NCBI RefSeq assembly: GCF_048403405.1
Contig: NZ_CP183129.1
Source: Escherichia coli
GTDB taxonomy: Bacteria; Pseudomonadota; Gammaproteobacteria; Enterobacterales; Enterobacteriaceae
Length of the DNA stretch: 64,000 bases
Strand: one strand, 5' to 3'
The notes beneath the pieces are model-generated. The model was not told the DNA's origin, ran no database searches, and worked only from the letters and a program-made list of their open reading frames with translations. Position numbers and translations under genes: made by a program. Positions 60,615 through 64,000 of this stretch are shown piece by piece; position 1 is the first letter of the stretch; each line of letters begins with the position of its first letter.

Positions 60615-61127
60615 ATGGGATATACACATTATTTTACACAAAAACAAAGCGTTGACCCCCTGATGTGGCAGAACTTCCGTGAACATCTGGACAAGCTCTA
60701 TCACCACTATCTGGCCAATCCCATATCCGCAGAGCAGATTTGCGGCGGATACCCAGATAAACCTATTGTGTTGTGTGATGGCCTGGAGGAAAAACGGCTG
60801 AATGATGGCTCATTATTCACCGACGACGGTGAGGCGCTTTGTTTTAACGGTAATGCGGCTGATGACATGAATCATGAGACGTTTATTGTTCAGCGCGAAA
60901 TCCCCGTAGAGGACTACTGGGATTTCTGCAAGACAGCATACAAACCCTATGACGTGTTTGTAGTCGCGGCATTACTGTTGTTGTACAACCTGTGCCCGGG
61001 ATATTTTTCGGTCTCTTCTGACGGGGATATCCGGGACTGGCAGCCGGTGCTGGACTATGTCAGTCAGGTATTTCCTTATCTTATCCTGACGTTACCGGAA
61101 GGGATAGGTTTACCGGAGGCAGGATAA
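60615..61127 (+). CDS. Hypothetical protein (about 170 aa; MGYTHYF...)
   Basis: ATG 60615 sits 8 nt after GAGGA. No family recognised. Confidence 0.55.
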   Translation: MGYTHYFTQKQSVDPLMWQNFREHLDKLYHHYLANPISAEQICGGYPDKPIVLCDGLEEKRLNDGSLFTDDGEALCFNGNAADDMNHETFIVQREIPVEDYWDFCKTAYKPYDVFVVAALLLLYNLCPGYFSVSSDGDIRDWQPVLDYVSQVFPYLILTLPEGIGLPEAG

Positions 61128-61774
61128 TGGCCAGAGCCTGTACGATACGGGAACTGATAGCGGATTTATCCCGCTGCAATCCGGAGGCATTCGTCTTGTG
61201 TGAGATGTGGTTCCCCGATGATGTTACCTATGTTGATGAAACGGCTTGTCCGGCAGAGACACGGGCAACATTAACGCATGTTGCACATCATTTTGATGCG
61301 GAGCTGGGGATCAACTGGGACACGCTGGCGTGTGCGTTATCGTGTGTCAGAGATGCTGAGCAGAAGGGACTCGATATTTACTTTTATGCCAGTGAAAAGC
61401 GTGGTACAGACAAAAGCCGGATACCCGCCTCACGTTACGCAGAAGCGGACAGCGACGGCGATATTGAAGTCGGGTATTTCCGTAAGGTTAATGCGCTGTT
61501 TAAGTGGGTGCATGACCATATCGGGGCTTTTGAGAACTGTGAAAAGGTGCTGGTGACAGAGGCCCATCTGCGGGCTTTACAGCAGGACTTGCAGGCACTG
61601 ACACCGGAAAACTGTCAGACACGGTTCCCGACCACTGAGGGCTTTTTCTTTGGTTCAACGGCTTATGATGAGGCGTACTGGGCTGATGTGGAAGGCGTCA
61701 GACGCTGGCTGTCAGAGATAACGGAGACGTTTGACTTTGACGCAGAGTCACTGTTTTTTGTGGCCTGGTGGTAA
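61127..61774 (+). CDS. Hypothetical protein (215 aa; C-terminal GFFFGSTAYDEAYWADVE...FFVAWW)
   Basis: TAATG overlap with the upstream gene. No family recognised. Confidence 0.55.
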   Translation: MARACTIRELIADLSRCNPEAFVLCEMWFPDDVTYVDETACPAETRATLTHVAHHFDAELGINWDTLACALSCVRDAEQKGLDIYFYASEKRGTDKSRIPASRYAEADSDGDIEVGYFRKVNALFKWVHDHIGAFENCEKVLVTEAHLRALQQDLQALTPENCQTRFPTTEGFFFGSTAYDEAYWADVEGVRRWLSEITETFDFDAESLFFVAWW

Positions 61775-61780
61775 TCAGGT

Positions 61781-61852
61781 AAGGTGTTTCCCCGGGAAGC
61801 ACTGAACACATTTTAATCAGTGTTTCCACTGGAAACGCCGGTTGAAAATTAA
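61781..61852 (+). repeat. Two tandem 36-bp iterons of the same family as 35253-35396
   Basis: Unit 1 contains GTGTTTCCCCGGGAAGCAC. Unit 2 contains the perfect palindrome GTTTCCACTGGAAAC at 61822-61836, followed by GCCGGTTGAAAATT. GTGTTTCC recurs at 61784 and 61820, 36 bp apart. Confidence 0.8.
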
Positions 61853-61874
61853 CCATATTGTTTTTTCACCTGAT

Positions 61875-61911
61875 GGTGTATCTCACCGTCAGGACGGGAT
61901 ACACCTTTTTT
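61875..61911 (+). terminator. Strong hairpin plus T6 between the iterons and the ardC ribosome-binding site
   Basis: GGTGTATC / GATACACC outer stem with inner CCGT/ACGG pairs (CCGTCAGG core), then TTTTTT. SD GAGGG lies at 61915-61919. Confidence 0.55.
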
Positions 61912-61926
61912 ATTGAGGGTATTCCG

Positions 61927-62901
61927 ATGAAAAAATCTGACCGTAAACGCCGTCCGGCAGCGGATAAGCCGGTTCGCGATATTTATCAGGAAGTGACTGA
62001 CCGTATTGTGGCCGCGCTGGAAAAAGGCACCCGTCCGTGGAAACGACCATGGCGGCCGTCGGAAGGGACAGGCACCGGTTTTCCGGTGAACGCCCTGACC
62101 GGTCATTCCTACCAGGGGATAAATGTGCTGCTGTTATGGTTGTCGGCGGCGGAGCAGGGCTTTGGTTACGATATCTGGCTGACTTACCGTCAGGCACAGC
62201 AACTGGGTGGCCATGTCCGTAAAGGCGAAATGGCGACGAATACTGTGATATTCAAACCGGTGAAGGTGCCGGCAAAAGACCGTCACGGTGAGCTGCTGCG
62301 GGATGAACACGGTGAGGTGGTGATGACGGAGGTGCCGATGATAAAGGCGAATCCGTTATTTAACATAGCCCAGTGTGATGACCTGCCGGCGCATTTTTAC
62401 GAAAACCGGCGACTACCCGGAGAGGAGACAGCAGGGATAACCCTGCCGGCCACGCACCGGGTGCTGGATATCCTGAATGCCAGCGGCGTGAAGGTGACCA
62501 GTGCGGCGCAGAACCGGGCGTATTACAGTCCGTCACAGGACCGGATTGTGATGCCGCTGTCGTCACAGTTTGACCGGAATGCCGATTACCAGGCCACCTT
62601 ACTGCATGAGTTGGTGCACAGTACCGGTCATCCGTCCAGGCTGGCCCGTGAAGGCATCACCTCATCGTCCCTGAAGTTTGGTGACCCGCTGTACAGTTTT
62701 GAGGAGCTGGTTGCGGAAATGGGCAGCGCTTTTCTTTGTGCGCAGTTAAGCGTCGAGGGAGAAGTGAACCATGAAAGCTATCTTGACAGCTGGCTGCGGG
62801 TACTGAAATCGGACAAAAAAGCGTTGTTCCGGGCCGCCGGGCAGGCCCGCCAGGCCTGTGAGTTTTTACTGAATGTGGCCGCATCCCGACAGGCCGCGTA
62901 G
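61927..62901 (+). CDS. ardC: ArdC antirestriction protein (ssDNA-binding N-domain plus zinc-metalloprotease domain)
   Basis: RPWKRPW, YQGINVLLLW, WLTYRQAQQLGGHVRKGE, FNIAQCDDL, HELVHSTGH (HExxH), FEELVAEMGSAFL. Confidence 0.85.
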   Translation: MKKSDRKRRPAADKPVRDIYQEVTDRIVAALEKGTRPWKRPWRPSEGTGTGFPVNALTGHSYQGINVLLLWLSAAEQGFGYDIWLTYRQAQQLGGHVRKGEMATNTVIFKPVKVPAKDRHGELLRDEHGEVVMTEVPMIKANPLFNIAQCDDLPAHFYENRRLPGEETAGITLPATHRVLDILNASGVKVTSAAQNRAYYSPSQDRIVMPLSSQFDRNADYQATLLHELVHSTGHPSRLAREGITSSSLKFGDPLYSFEELVAEMGSAFLCAQLSVEGEVNHESYLDSWLRVLKSDKKALFRAAGQARQACEFLLNVAASRQAA

Positions 62902-62910
62902 GAGACTGCG

Positions 62911-63210
62911 ATGAACAAAATGACCATTATCCGCTTTCAGTTACTGGTACATCAGTTACTGCAAGTGCATTACGGCATTACGCTGAGTGATACCGGATTG
63001 TCCGATGATGCTGAGGTGTCCCGGATGATTGAACTCGGGATATCGCCGGTATCGGTGGTCAACCGTCTGGTGGATAAGTACCACCTGGATAAACTGAATG
63101 CATCCTGTTATCTGCCGGCATCCCCGTATGTCAGTGACAGCGATGCCTTACTTGCACAGGCTCAGCTGAGCGGTGCCATTAACCCGGATGTCATGCCGGA
63201 TAATCCTTAA
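62911..63210 (+). CDS. Hypothetical protein (99 aa)
   Basis: ATG start 10 nt after the ardC stop. No family recognised. Confidence 0.5.
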   Translation: MNKMTIIRFQLLVHQLLQVHYGITLSDTGLSDDAEVSRMIELGISPVSVVNRLVDKYHLDKLNASCYLPASPYVSDSDALLAQAQLSGAINPDVMPDNP

Positions 63211-63230
63211 CGATTAACGACTGACATCTT

Positions 63231-63294
63231 TCCCGTGAGGGCTTGTTCCTCACGGGATAAGCCCTCTTTTTTATTCTGAAAAGAGGACATCATC
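63231..63294 (+). promoter_or_regulatory. Hairpin terminator plus SD-sequestering hairpin ahead of the DUF1281-like gene
   Basis: Perfect 10-bp stem TCCCGTGAGG / CCTCACGGGA (63231-63257). Then CCTCTTTT (63263-63270) / AAAAGAGG (63279-63286), enclosing the SD. The ATG is at 63295. Confidence 0.55.
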
Positions 63295-64000
63295 ATGCCA
63301 AACTGGTGCTCGAACCGACTTGACATCACCTTACACAACGCGGCGGATATGCCGGCTCTTAAACACTGGATATATGCGGATGATGGGATACCCGCCTGGC
63401 AGACGGCGATAGCACAAAGTCTGCATTTGTTGCTGGCCGGCTGCGCGGGGATACTGAAACCGGTCAGACCGCTGTCTTTTCCGCCGTTACCGGAACTGAC
63501 TTCATACGGTGCAACCGGGCCTGTTTCCCCGGGAAACACGGCTTTCACGCACTGGGTTGACCTGCTGATGACTGCACCGGATTTGACACCGTCATGTTGT
63601 CAGCAAATCCATCAGTGGTATCAGATGTGGTTATCTGAAGGCGGGGCGTACCATTCCTGGGACTCGCTGACGGCGACGCAGAAAGCGAGACTGTCCCCGT
63701 TGTTATCGGGAAGCAGTTTTGACTGGCTTAACCGGTTTACCGGAGAGGATGAGAGCCGGGTGGCGACAGCCTGGGAGGATATTCAGTACCTTCGCAGTAC
63801 CGGAGAAGCCATACCGATGGATATGCGGACTCTGTTACCGACCAGCCTTGCGGCTGAATTACACGGTTTTAACGGCTGTTTATGGAAAACACCGGAGGTC
63901 ATCTGGCGGCAGGCGCGCTGGCAGGCGTTTGCCCCCGGTAACAGTACATATCACCTTTATCAGTGCCGTTATGGTGTGAAATGGCCGAACGGCAGTGGTT
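63295..64000 (+). CDS. DUF1281-like protein (MPNWCSNRL... N-terminus), 3' end outside window
   Basis: Frame checked by hand and open from ATG 63295 to the window end; it is absent from the ORF track because no stop is reached. The MPNWC start is characteristic of the DUF1281/Api92-like family common in plasmid and ICE leading regions, from memory. Confidence 0.6.
   Translation, partial: MPNWCSNRLDITLHNAADMPALKHWIYADDGIPAWQTAIAQSLHLLLAGCAGILKPVRPLSFPPLPELTSYGATGPVSPGNTAFTHWVDLLMTAPDLTPSCCQQIHQWYQMWLSEGGAYHSWDSLTATQKARLSPLLSGSSFDWLNRFTGEDESRVATAWEDIQYLRSTGEAIPMDMRTLLPTSLAAELHGFNGCLWKTPEVIWRQARWQAFAPGNSTYHLYQCRYGVKWPNGSG

Overview
This window reads as a mosaic segment of an enterobacterial integrative conjugative element (ICE), probably Proteus/Morganellaceae-like. 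No searches were run. All family names come from motifs read in the translations, from synteny, and from memory.

Layout:
- 1-4.1 kb: decayed backbone. It holds a multiply disrupted ArdC-like pseudogene, a degenerate IS911-like IS3 element with an IS110-family element nested in its orfB, and an alpA-like gene.
- 5.2-30.9 kb: a visibly AT-rich yersiniabactin-type NRPS/PKS siderophore locus. Gene order on the minus strand is MFS, methyltransferase, HMWP2-like NRPS, HMWP1-like PKS/NRPS, reductase, thioesterase, two ABC exporters and a PPTase. This matches the Proteus mirabilis nrpXYRSUTABG operon as I remember it. A divergent TonB-dependent receptor follows.
- 31.0-31.6 kb: an IS200-like element whose tnpA carries an in-frame TGA.
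- 31.7-54.4 kb: a GC-rich, tightly coupled GI-type type IV secretion/conjugation module of the ICEHin1056 / ICEclc / PFGI-1 class. It includes PilL, a lytic transglycosylase, TraD, a RAQPRD protein, a VirB4-like ATPase, a TraU-like protein and TraG. A trimeric autotransporter adhesin is embedded in it, and one orphan gene sits on the opposite strand.
- 54.5-64 kb: an accessory, leading-region-like block. It holds small membrane and decayed genes, a tyrosine-recombinase-like gene, an SGNH hydrolase, about eight small uncharacterised genes, an intact ardC and a DUF1281-like gene running off the window.

The overall architecture matches what I recall of ICEPm1.

The signals most worth follow-up are non-coding:
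- Two promoter-equipped arrays of three tandem covarying pseudoknot units (STAXI-like).
- A 36-bp iteron family built around the palindrome GTTTCC-N3-GGAAAC, found upstream of traD, upstream of ardC and inside the DUF1281-like gene.
- A recurrent hairpin leader, including Shine-Dalgarno-sequestering stems, in front of almost every small gene of the 58.6-63.3 kb block.
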